64,000 nucleotides of DNA from Camelus ferus (taxonomy: Eukaryota). This document shows, one piece after another, positions 36,433 through 51,728 of the stretch (its first letter is position 1; every line of letters starts with the position of its first letter). The stretch is taken from contig NC_045712.1 in the NCBI RefSeq assembly GCF_009834535.1, positions 25,668,001-25,732,000 on the forward strand. The letters run 5' to 3'. The notes below the pieces were generated by a model, which searched no databases, had not been told where the DNA came from, and saw only the letters and a list, made by a program, of their open reading frames with translations. Made by a program: the position numbers and the translations under genes.

Positions 36433-37615
36433 CAGATGCTGTGTGACATGGCCAGAGTACTGGAGCTGCGCCTGATCCTGCGACAGCCGTCGCCACTTTG
36501 GCTGTCTTTCACGGTGGAGGAGCTGCAGATCTACCAGCAGGGACCAAAGGTAAGTGACTAGCTCAAAGCTGGTGGCTGGCCCTTTCTCCAGGAGTCTCCT
36601 AGCTATGGCTGGGAGGCCTCAGGGTGCAGATGGGGGTGGGAGTGGATGGGTAAGGATGGGGAGACTCAGAAGGAGGCCTTCATGGAAGTTAGTGAAGTGG
36701 GAATGCTGGAAGCTCATGATGAGGGGTGAGGCCATGTCCCCATATCCCCTGACCTTTGGGGCTGCCTGCCTCTTTCAGAGCTGGAACCTTCAGGTGCCGG
36801 GAGACACTTCTGTTCCTTGTCTTATGGGGCTTCCTTCTGCATAGCAGAAGAGCTTAAGTAGTCTGTCTGCCCCTTAGAGTCTCTGTGGACCCCTGAACAG
36901 GATTTTCCCAGTGTCTGAGGCTCAGGGGCCCTCTCTCTGCTCTTAGGACCTTGGAATCTGGTTCCAGGGCTCTCCCACTCTGCCTGCCTCAGGGCAGTAT
37001 GCCTTTGCTTTGCAGAGTCCTTCCATGACCTTCCCCAAGTGGCTCTCCCACCCAGTGCCTTGTGAGCAGCCTGCTCCCCTTCTTGAGGTAAGCCCTCACC
37101 CTGGGTGAGAACCATGTGTGAATAGTCCCTGGGGAACCCCCTTCAGCAAGAATCTGGGGCTGGACCCAGGGCCCTTGGTTCACTCTGTGCCACCTTCCTT
37201 CCGGGATTTGAGGACTCTCTGTCAGGGGCTGGGCTGCCTACTCCACAGCAGGCCCCATCCTCATGTTTCACAAGTCATCTGGGGATGTTACTGGTCTCAG
37301 CTGAAGAACCCCATAGCCCAGCTTGACCTCTCTGGAGTCTAAGGGCACTGCTGGGGAGAGACCCATGGCCACTGACCTCCTCCTTCTGGAGCAGGGTCTC
37401 CCAGAACCCAGCAGGGTATCCTCCGAGGTACAGCAGATGTGGGCGCTGACAGAGATGATCCGGGCCAGTCACACCTCCACGAGGATCGGCCGCTTTGATG
37501 TGAGTGATCGCTTCCCTTTTCTTGACTCCCATTGGCCTGAGCAGGTCAGATCTGATGGTCTTTTGTGTTGCAGGTGGATGGCTGTTATGACCTGAACTTG
37601 CTCTCCTACACTTGA
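34710..37615 (+). CDS. NICN1: Nicolin-1, 213 aa, 6 coding exons
   Basis: Exons 34710-34841, 36007-36183, 36436-36549, 37016-37087, 37395-37499, 37574-37615. All introns GT..AG and all phase 0. Translation MSRVSVPCHVKGTVALQVGDVRTSQGRPGVLVIDVTFPSVAPFE/LQEITFKNYY.../MLCDMARV.../SPSMTFPKW.../GLPEPSRV.../VDGCYDLNLLSYT* matches recalled mammalian nicolin-1. Confidence 0.97.
35440..35620. mobile_element. MER5-like hAT fragment in NICN1 intron 1
   Basis: GATTTAGTAGGTCTGGGGTGGAGCCTG...GGTAATTCTGATG. Confidence 0.5.
36402..36423 (+). repeat. (TG)11 at the NICN1 exon 3 acceptor
   Basis: CCT(TG)11TATGTGTATCAG|ATG. Confidence 0.95.
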
Positions 37616-38810
37616 GCCGTGACTCTTAGTCAAGACGATGGCCTTCCGTGCCCACCCAGGCCCGGTTTGGGCCATCAGAGGCCGAAGTGCTTTCCCTGTA
37701 CATTCCGAGTGTTGCCTGCATGCCCATTCCGTCTGGGCCGTGTTCACAGATTCATGATTCTTGGGGGCTCAGTATGTTGCTTCAGCATGAGCTCCTGGAG
37801 GGGGCGCACTCTGTCCTTACCTGACTGCAACCTGAAACTCCTCTTCCTTCCCTAAAAACACTCCAATTCTATTGCTAAGAATCCCCTTGCAGCTTTTGTC
37901 CCTCCTGCCAACATGCACATTCCTATCTTCTGCTTGCTTCCTCACCCTGAGTGCAGTGGGCTGAGGTAACCTACTAAGACCTGCTCTGTCTAGCCCTGGA
38001 AGACTGCTGTAGCTTGGCACTCTGGTAGTTTGGAAGCCTGAGGGAGAAACAGGAGTCCCGTTTCCTCCTTCTGCACTCCCTACTGGCCTTCTTTCCCTTT
38101 GTGTTACACTCACAAAAAGAAATTTCCTGTCTAAACTCTGCTGCTTGCCTAGGGAGCCACACAAAACTGGGAAGATGGGCAGCCCAAGTCCCTTGGTCCC
38201 TCAGTTGGCTTCCGGCTGTGTGTTCAAATGGGTCTGCCCATCGAGTCTGGGTGGGTGCCACTGGCAAGGCCGGGGCCTGAAAATAAGTCCTGCCACCTGT
38301 CTGCCACTGACACAGCCCAAAGCACATCCTTGTCCCTCTCCCAGTTGCCCCTTCTAAGAGCCGTGCTCGTAGTGATCAAGCTCGGTAGGGGGTGGGTCCA
38401 AGTGAGGGTTCTCACTGGTGTCTTTAAGAGGCTGAGGTTTTCTACAATCCCAGGCCAGCAGCTGAATAAGACAGGCTACTCTTTCTTATGAGAAAATCCT
38501 GCTTCTCTCTAGTTTTTCCCCTGGGGGCTGTTATGAGGCAGTACTGCAACATGGGTTGGACCTGGAAAACTGAATGTCTGTGTAGCTCAACAGCTTTGTC
38601 GGGGGAGGTAAGCCACCTTTTGATGGCCACCTTCTGCTCTCACCCATCAGAGTTTATGCAGGTGGTATCTGCCCTCAGGGTCACTTGCTTAGCCCTGGTC
38701 AGCTTTGGATAAGAGGGTAATGATCACAGTCCTATGCTCAGGGAGTAGCAGCCCTCAGTGTGTATGTGTGTGACAGGGGAGGTCCCTGGGAGGGACCATG
38801 CTTCCTGCAC

Positions 38811-38875
38811 AGCTGTGTCCCCAGCACCCAGCACAGGACCTAGTGTGCAGCAAGATCAATAAATACTTGTGGAAT
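38811..38875 (+). mobile_element. L2 3'-end remnant carrying an AATAAA (38858-38863); candidate NICN1 poly(A) signal
   Basis: CCCCAGCACCCAGCACAGGACCTAGTGTGCAGCAAGATCAATAAATACTTGTGGAAT resembles the recalled L2 terminus (...CCTAGCACAGTGCCTGGCACATAGTAGGCGCTCAATAAATATTTGTTGAAT). Confidence 0.6.
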
Positions 38876-39378
38876 CCATCACTGTGCTGGCCGCCTATGT
38901 TTGCCCAGCAAGACAGCTGGAGACCCTCACATGAGGCTAGGTTACTTTGGTGCTCCTGTGGCTGGCTCCACCCTCCTGTGCCCTCTCCACCCCTTCCCCT
39001 CCCCCGTGTGACCTTACACTCCTGTTGTCCTAAACTGGTGATTCAGGCCTTTCAGCCATTTGCAGAACTTTGGCCCTTTGGAGGCAGGGCAGTCAGCCAG
39101 GGAGGTCTAGCCCCCAGCTCTGTTCCTGAGCGGCTTAACTGGCTCCAACTGTCCAGTTGGGGCTGGTCAGAGGGAAGCGCCTGGGGCTATTTCCCCGCCT
39201 ATGGGAGTTCAGGCATTCTGTTCTCTAAAGCCCCGCCTGCCCTTGGGGCTGCCCACTCCCTCTTCTGATCCCCCCTGGCGGGGGAGAGACCTCTTCAAGC
39301 AGGGCCTGGACTACATCTCCCAGCGTGCCTGGCAGAGTGGTGGCCTCTGTGTGCCGACTGCACCAGTTGCGGGCAATG

Positions 39379-43474
<4,096 letters not shown>

Positions 43475-44154
43475 GGATGATGGGGCAGGGCTCTCCCCTC
43501 TAGGAGCCTTGCTCTGGAGGGCACTGTACAAGGGGTTAGTCAGGAAGCTGAGGGAGAACACACTATAGGTAGGTGGCGGCTGATTCCGGTTGAGGTGGGA
43601 TACACCACCTGTCCCATCTCATCCAGTGCCGCTGCAACCTCAAGACCCCATTTCTCAGTAATGGAGCCCACATTCCCATTGACCCCACTCTTGCCTGCTG
43701 GGGAAGCATCAGTTCTGGCACCTCTCCCTCCCACTCTGCTAGGTGCTGGCTGTGAAGGAGAGGCTCACCTTTAGCCGGAGGATAAAGCCTGCCCAACCTA
43801 CCTCACCACGGTTGTTCATACTGCAAAGGGTTATTACCTTGGGCAGTGCTGGCTACCTCCTCTAGTTCACTTTCCCTGGGCAGGAATAACTTTTGACTCA
43901 CAGAGGGTTGGCCCAGTAGGGCTGCCGTGCCTGTGTGTAAACTTGGGGATGGCTGAGGGGGCATGGACTCACTCTTCCACGTTCTTAGTTGGTCCAACCT
44001 GCTGCCCAGTAGCCAATGCTGCCAGGCTCACCTCCTGTTCTGAGCCCCAGGGCTGTTGTAGGGCAGGCTGGGCCTCCTCCTTGACTTGCCTTATCCTGGG
44101 CTGACTTTCGCCCCTGGGGGTCATTACTGGACTCCACTGACTCCTAAAAACAAC

Positions 44155-44160
44155 ATTAAA
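44155..44160 (+). terminator. Probable AMT polyadenylation signal (ATTAAA)
   Basis: First AATAAA/ATTAAA seen after the AMT stop at 43474; followed by U-rich sequence. Confidence 0.55.
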
Positions 44161-44465
44161 CGAGCTTTCTTCTTGCTTGCCAGTCTCTAGCTTCACTGTT
44201 CTCTGACCATAGGGTTCCTGGGGTGCCAAGCCAATGCCTTCCTTCCTGGCCTCTGAGACAGGCTCAGAGTGGGTTCCCCTTAAGAAGGGCAGGTCTATAA
44301 AAACTCATGGGGATAGTGCCTCTGTTGGGCACCCATCACCTCTGCCAGACGTTGCATTTTGGGTGCTCCAAGAGCAACAGCCCCCAGGGTATTCCCTCTC
44401 CAGTTTCCCCCATGCATGCATACTCTGTCTTGTCTGAATAACCACACAGCTGGTGCACTTCCATG

Positions 44466-44471
44466 TTTAAT
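44466..44471 (-). terminator. Probable TCTA polyadenylation signal (ATTAAA on minus strand)
   Basis: Plus-strand TTTAAT; first canonical-type hexamer seen downstream of the TCTA stop (45817). Confidence 0.5.
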
Positions 44472-45816
44472 AAGCTATATCCTCAATTGAGCCTAGGGTG
44501 AAATGTGAGACCCTGACACCAGTTGTGGTGTTTGTAGGCCTAGGACTGCAAAACCATCATCTCCCACCAGCCAGAGGATACTCCAGAGGATATGTGCATG
44601 AGCTCAGCATAGTCCTACTCCAGTGCACTCTTCAGACTGTCTAGGCAAAGGCTGCCAGATGGAAATGTGACATTTAACAGAGGAAGCAGGCAGCGGGACA
44701 CTGAAGTACCTGGTGGCCCTGCAGAAGCAGGCAGAATAGTATGGCCATCAGGGAAGGAGGCAGGTCTAGGGCCACATGGCTTTCAGGGACTGGCGTTTGC
44801 CACTTATACTTTTGGAAGCTCCCTTGGCCCACTGTGGAAGTGGCAGGTCTGCCTAGCTTGTGGCTCTTCCCTGTTGAGGGTTTTTGGGGGTCAACTAGTG
44901 GGGAGGAGCTAAGCCTGTACCCCAGGGTTTTGGGATGAAGCTCTTATGGTTCCAGGTCAAGACAGGAAGTGGTGAGGCCGCAGGGCTTGGTGGGGCCGCT
45001 CTGCACTAACTGCTTAGTACCTTCCTGTGGGGCAGGATATAAACCCACAATCCTGTGGGCACTTAAGCAGTGGGGATAGGAAGTCACCCCTGGGACTCAG
45101 CCTCTTTCAGGCACCCAGCTTCCTTCTGTGAAGGACTGAGAGGAATATAGTACAGTGCTTGGGAAAAGATAATTTCCATAGCCTGATTCATGCCTGCAGA
45201 ACTCAGGATGGGCCAAGGGAGGTGGGTGTTCAGTGCCTCCATGTCCAAGGGGTGCCAGCTGCCCCCTGCTTTGTACTTGAATGGCTAGCTAAGTAACCAG
45301 ATATTATAAGGCTGTGTCCAGGCTAGGATTCCCTGGCTCCCTGCCAACAAAGCCAAACCAAAGAAATTCCAGAAACTCAGGGCTTAGGGGAAAACAGACT
45401 TGCCTTACAAATTTCAGAGCTGCTCACTCAGGCTTACTCTCAGAAGGAAAAAATCTCTACAGGGTCATATCCCAGAGGGATGAGAAGAGGAACAGGATAA
45501 AGCCAAGACAGAAAATGGACTGTTCGCCTCCCCAACCCAGAGGCTTCTGAGCTGACCCCTGAAGAAGGAGGAGCGTGCCTTCTCTCCTTAAGGCACCCAG
45601 ATCAGGGTAGAGGCAAACTCTTTACTGGCCCGGTGCCTGGGGCTGCTGGAGGCAAGGCCAAGGGCAGTGAAGGCCCATCCCTGCAAGTGCTGGGGTGCTC
45701 CCTGCCCCAACCCCCTACCCCGCTGCAGTCGTCCCTGGTGTCTGGGCAGTAGCAGAACCCAGTGTGGGAGCCAGCAGACCCGGTGATGTCCCTGGAGACC
45801 CCTCTGCTGCCTTCCC

Positions 45817-47504
45817 TTATTCTCTGTGGGTTTTGAGAGGCTCATTTGCTGCTGTTTCCCTGAAAGTGATGGAAAAGAGAAGAGAGGGGTTATTCCAGAG
45901 GCAGCACAACAGTCCCCTTTTTGGGGGCTGACCTGGGCTCAGTAAGGTCACACTATAATGTAGATCTCTCTGCTGAGGTTCTGGCCACCATAGGCCTGCA
46001 GGCTCGTTCTCCTTCTGGCTTCCCCACCTTGTGATGATGCTCCCATTCTTCCCCAGTTGCCCAGGACAGAAACTGGGCAGTGGCAGACGTCCTAACTGGC
46101 CTCTTGCCTTCTCTATTGGACCCCTTTATCTATTTGCCATGAAGGAGGCAGTTATAAAGGCAAATGAGATCAGGCCATGGTCTTGCTGAATCAGTCATTC
46201 AATAGCTTCCTGAGTCTTGGGACAGGGTGTTACAGGTCCTTTCAGGCCTTTATGTTTGAGCTCCAGTGTCACAGCCTTGTCTCTCCTCCAATAGTTACCC
46301 TTGTTCTTGCCTCTGGGCCTTGTTTTATTCATTCTCTTTATTTGGTACACTTTACCACCCCCTAGCCTTTGCCCTTAGCTTAGGTGTCTTTGGGATACAC
46401 CTGCTCTGACAGCACTCCCCTTTTAAAACTCTGGCTCCTCTTGTAAGCAGGACCTGCGTTGTTCTTGTTCTCTAAGCCTAGTGTGGCTGCTGCCATGTGG
46501 AGCTCAGAGATCAGCTGAATGAGTTTATGTTGTACAGATGAAGAGGCTGATCCTGATGAGGCCAGGCAGTGCACTAAGGACAGAGGCTCCTGCCTTTCCA
46601 ACTGAGGGGCTGACAAGTGGAACCCAACAGACTTGCCACTTCATCTCAGAAACTGTAACAATAATGCTTCCCACCCCACAGATTACTGAAAAGCATACTG
46701 ATGAAATGTTCAGACATCAGTGTCACCCAAAGCCTGGGCTCTACTTGCAGACCTTAGAGTTTGCTGCAAAGGCCACTAAGCTGGTGGACTCCTACCCTGA
46801 GAATGCCCCTTCCCTGTTCTTAGTATAGGAGTGGCCTCTGCCTGCCAAGATGGGGTTGAGATGGGAACAGATTTACTCACCAGGAAGGGAAATGCGTGGA
46901 GCCATCAGGTGTGGATCCGTTCTGGCCGCCCAGACCTGGGGGCAGGAACACATCCAGAGCTGCAGCAGACTTGGGGAGGGTATCTGAGCAGTCATCAGCC
47001 CAGGTCAGGTTAGAGGCCAGAGATACTGTTTGATAGAGTGTGGTGGAGACCCTAAGGGATTATTGGTATTGTCTGGTGGAGATTCAAAGGAAGTTATAAT
47101 GTGATGGGTGGGCTGGTGGGGTTTCTTTCATGAAATGGTATGTTGGCATGGGTCAGGGTATAGCGTTAAGTCGTGATGAAGTTCTCAGGGGACCAGGGGC
47201 AGTCTAGGGAGGTTCTGGGGAGCCCAAAGGTACAGTCGGTGGTAGAGGGGACGGCCAGCGGGAGTTGGTGGGGAGCCTCACCTGGGCGGTGATACAACCC
47301 GGTCACCGTACTCCCGTAGAACCCCCACGCCAGCTGGATGCCCAGAAGACTTAACACCAACCAAAGCAGCAGCAGCTTGAAGAGAGTCACGCGCATGTCC
47401 TGCGCCTCCCACTCCCGCAGGAACTCGCTGCCAAGGGCGCCCAGGGCGCCCAGCACCGTGGCCGACAGAGTCTGCAAAGACTGTCCAGACCAAGGCTCCG
47501 CCAT
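45817..47504 (-). CDS. TCTA: T-cell leukemia translocation-altered protein, 106 aa, 3 exons
   Basis: Minus-strand exons 47504-47282, 46935-46881, 45859-45817 (223+55+43=321 nt, GT..AG). Translation [106 protein letters not shown], with one hydrophobic segment. Confidence 0.96.
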
Positions 47505-48500
47505 GACTGGCTGGCGCCCCACCCGGACAACTGTCACCGTAGTCCCCACTGCGCAGGCGTCTGAGCTTCCGGGGCCAGGCCCACTAATGCGCACGCGTAA
47601 ACCCAGGCAAAGAGCGCCTACCTCGCTTGCGCGAAGAGTTGGCAGTTCGGGGAGGAGTATTAAGACCGCGCACGCGCACCTAGCCCCACCCAGCTTACTT
47701 AAAGGATGAGTGACTCGGGGAGTATAAAATAGCAACCAGGTCTTTTATAGTCCCAGAGTTCCCGTGATGCCCCACGAGGCTGCAATGATTGGTTAAGAGC
47801 CTTGCTCTTAGGGCGTTGACGCGCTTCTGAGCAATCGTGGCTAGGCAACGAGTGCGCGCGTGTGCGCGGGACCGCGACTGGGGCCGGCTTGAGCCCGCTG
47901 GGCACACGGGGGCGCGCACGTCGTTCCCCGCCCTCCCGCCGCCGTCGCCGCCCGCTCTTGCTCGCTCGCGCTCCCGGCCCACCGCCCTCCGTCGGTTCTC
48001 TCGTTAGTCCGTCGCCGCCTCCTAAGCCACCCGCCGTAGTCTTCGAGCTTGCGACTCGCGGACAGGCGTCCTCGGCGCGGAGAGGCCGGACTCGGAATCG
48101 TCGCCTGAGGTGAGCGAGAGGTTTCCCTCCTGGCGCCGCGGTGCCCCGGGCCCGCCCGCCCGGCACTCTTCCGGCCGCCGCCCCGCCGCGGCCGCGCCCC
48201 ACCTGCTGCTCTCGGCCCGCCGCCCCAAGACCCTAGCCCCTGACCCTGACTCCGGGCCTGGGACCCGTGCCCAGCTCCCCGAAGCCGCAGCCCCGCCCGT
48301 ACAGTCCCCGGAAGCGCGCCCCGCGGCCTCCCGCGCCCCTTCCCCCGCCCCGCCAGGCCTGGTGGAGCCCTAGCCACCCGCCTGCGGTCCCCGGCGCTTC
48401 CTCTCTTAGGGCCCGGCAGGGCGGGGACTCCGAGTCTGGCCCCGCGACCCGCTGGGCTGCCAGCCCCTACGGAGCGCGCGTGGCTATCGGAGTTGAAATA
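47270..48500. promoter_or_regulatory. Shared CpG island / bidirectional promoter of TCTA and RHOA
   Basis: CpG-dense. NRF1-like GCGCA repeats (about 47549, 47588, 47667); TATAAAA on both strands (47723-47729 +, 47743-47749 -); ATTGG at about 47788; RFX X-box-like GTGGCTAGGCAAC at 47837-47849. Confidence 0.9.
47845..48109 (+). other. RHOA: RHOA non-coding exon 1 (5' UTR); intron 1 runs from 48110 off the right edge; no RHOA CDS in the window
   Basis: Sequence ...CTCCGTCGGTTCTCTCGTTAGTCC...GGACTCGGAATCGTCGCCTGAG closely matches the recalled RHOA 5' UTR. Donor GAG|GTGAGC at 48110. Head-to-head with TCTA, as in other mammals. TSS approximate. Confidence 0.88.
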
Positions 48501-51500
48501 AGAAAGAAACTTCACAACTCCATTTTGGCTTTTACATTTAATATGAAACATGAATCACCGTTTTGTACTGGGTGAAGTCCAGTTATATTTTGAATATTTT
48601 CTTCTTTAATGCAGTATTCTTTGAGATTGTGTAAGTAAAACATATTGTTGAAATCTTAGTAGGATTCTTCGGTATTGAAAAGAAGGGAATTTTCTAATTG
48701 CAAAGAACATTTTTCATGATTTAAACTAGCATCAAAATAGAGTATTAACTTACAGTTTTGCTTAGTCTGTTACTACCTTAGGAGTCCCCTAAACATCTGT
48801 CTTTTGTTACCGATTGGTTTTAGTTACAAGTTCATTAAGTAGCACTATTTGTACTCAAATTGATTTGGTCAAAACCATTTTTAGTAGTTTATGATAGAAA
48901 AGTGGCATTCTTTTTACCTTAGAGTCTCTTTCACTTGTGTTTCTTAATAGTTCTGATTTAAAATTTTTAACTCTGTTGGTAACTTGTTTGGTTCTTTCTG
49001 TGTTTAAGACAGTCTTTTGAAGTAAGTGTTCCTTGCAGGTGTGTAATCAGATTACATTCCTGGTGGATCTGAAGGGGGGAAAATACTTTAAAAAAAATTC
49101 TTTTAAACGTTGTATGTGGTGAGAATTTTTCAGGCACTTAGTGTCGTACACCCAGATAGTAGGATACTGCGTATGTACCAATGCATGATTGTCACTTTAG
49201 ACATGGCTAAATTGGAAGAGTTTTTTTTGAGTATTTGGCACAAGTGATATCATTTGGACTGAAAATACAAGATTAGTTTTTAATTGTAAAGGATAACTTA
49301 TTGAAGGATCTCTTTTGATAAATTGTCTGCTTTTGTAGAGCACTGGTGGCTCTTGGGGACGCAAAGTATATAAGATGGAACTTGGTTTTGATCAGTCTAG
49401 TACCAGACTTACCTGTTCTCCTAAAAATCTGTACTAGGGGGAAGAAGAGAATAGGAATCCACTGACTTTTTCATTGATCAAAAATTTTAGACCTGAAGGG
49501 AATCCTCAGGATTTGTAGTCCAACCCCAGTTGCAGGTGAGAAACTGAGTCCCAGAGACTTCGGTAAATTTCTGAAGGTCATGTTTAGTCAGGTGCCAGCC
49601 AGAACTATTTTCACTGTAAGATCTTCTCCATGTACTCCCAAACATCTTGCTTAGAGTCAGCTAAAATTCTGAACTTATTCCAGTGTTTCTCCTTATATAT
49701 ATATTGTTGATTTTGTATATAGTGAAAGAATCTGAAAAAAACCAAACAAATTTCAGTTCTTTAGCTTTTAGTCTTCTTTGTGTAATTAGATGATCCTACA
49801 GCAGTTGATTGAAATAGGTAAATGAATATACAAAGTCTGTGTCTGGCCTAGTCCCAGCTTTAGATGTTTTGGTTTTCTTGAGGACCAGCTTCTTCAAGAG
49901 GGAGGCCCAGACTCCCCTGCTCCAAATCCAACATAATTAGGCCCCAATAAGATGTTATCAGGTGACTACTGACTCTTGTGACTATTGAGGTGGGATGGAG
50001 AGAAACAGTGTATATCAAGTATATAGATTACTGAGTGTGTGTATGTGGTAGTGATTTTGCTGGAGTATTTTCAGTCCTGAGTCCTATTTTGTCTGTCAGT
50101 TAACTCCTTTAAAAGTTTATCCTGGTTGTGTAGGGGTGTAAGTTATTAGGAGAGTAAAAACAGGTAGGTCTTCAAGTGTTTCCTGTTGATAGGGTGGAGT
50201 CCAAGCAGTGACTGGAGGAGGTGGGTTGCTACTTTGGGCCTTCTTAATTGTACTGTAGCTAAGAGAATTATGTTAACTTTGCCGGAAGAAAGACTGATAA
50301 TTTCAGTTTTTAAAATTACTAATTTGGGTTGGTGAGCTAATATAGACAGCACTTTGGGTTTAATTGCATTATGCTACTAGTGATAATGGTAAATATTAAA
50401 TAATCACTGGGTTTTAATCATGTATATTTGTAGTTTTAAAAGGTCCCTAAAGGTATTTTGTCTTCCCTTATTCCTTTATGCACCTGATCGGAGAACTGTT
50501 TCTCTGCACCTTCACACTAATGTAACCAAATTTTAAATTTGTGTTAATATGTCTTGCTGTACTCTGCTCTTTGGGGACATGCTCACTGTTAAGTACTTGT
50601 GAGATTAATAAATTAAAATTTTCAAGATAGTTTGAAATTAGTAATTAGTGTAAAATTTCTTTTTCAAGTGTTTGTATTTCAAGTGACTCATTTTTAATCT
50701 GTGGTGCTGTAGTATTAAGTAAAGGCCTGGTATACTCATAATTATGATAGTCATGTGACTGAAAATCAGATAGGCATGAAGCTGCTCATTCTGGGTGTTG
50801 GTCTGAGTTTATTAGTGCTTCCTCCAGATGATTCTGAATACATTTTTATAGCTAATAATTATCAAAATATGGGATACACTGTTAAATTGGAGCCAGTTTG
50901 CAGTTAGTACCAAATTGAGCTTGATTTTTTTTTTGAGGGTGGCTAAAGTAAATGTGCTTAAGCATATTTATTACAGTATCTTAATTTTCAAGTGAAGGGA
51001 AAGAGAACATAAGCAGCCAGTGAAGTAAGTTTGGAATGGAGTGGAGTCAAGGGAAAAGTGGGAGATAAAATGAAATTAGAGAGGTGGGTAGAGACTACAT
51101 CATTTAGAACCTTTTAGGACATGGGAAGTTCTTTGGATTTGTTTTGAGATGAGGAATCATCAGATATTTTTTAGCAGGTGAATGATGGAATCATTCATCA
51201 AGAGTAGGGGGTAGATTAAGTCCATTCTGACTTTAAACAGTAAACTGCTGCTGATGATTTCTGACAGAGGTATCAGATGGATCTCGTAATATTAATTTCC
51301 TTAACCTAATGACTTCAACGGTTTTCTTTTTTGAAGCCATTGACTTTCTGATAGTTGTCTTTTAGCCTGTATTTCTCTGTGATGCCTGTATTAAAAAGGA
51401 AACGTAATTTGATAAAGCAGGTCGTTCAGATGTTCTTGGTAGGCTGGGTGGTAGGGATACCAGTTTGCTGTAAAAATTTTTTTAACTTTGCTTTGTGTTT

Positions 51501-51709
51501 GTAAATTTTTATAATGTTGGAAAATTAATTTACATAGGTTTAATCGGCTTTGGGGTTTTGCTTTTAAAAGGGCAACTTTTTAAAAAAGGGCAAATATTTG
51601 TAATATTCAGAAAATAAGGTTGATGGTGTGCATTTGTTAAGTGAAGGAAGCCAAGATTTGTGTAAAAGTGGTGAATTTTATGGTGTGTCAGTTAAAATTA
51701 AATTCTGCA

Positions 51710-51728
51710 CCCCCCCCCGGGGGGGGGG
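51710..51728. repeat. C9G10 homopolymer palindrome
   Basis: TGCA CCCCCCCCC GGGGGGGGGG CA. Confidence 0.95.

Noticed and set aside
47505-47735. 77-codon N-terminal extension of TCTA suggested by the ORF track
   Set aside because: No upstream in-frame ATG; the track starts at a near-cognate codon within or upstream of the likely core promoter.
47695-48575. Long ORFs (up to 236 aa) across the TCTA/RHOA promoter
   Set aside because: Same GC-rich artefact; they span the promoter, RHOA exon 1 and intron 1.
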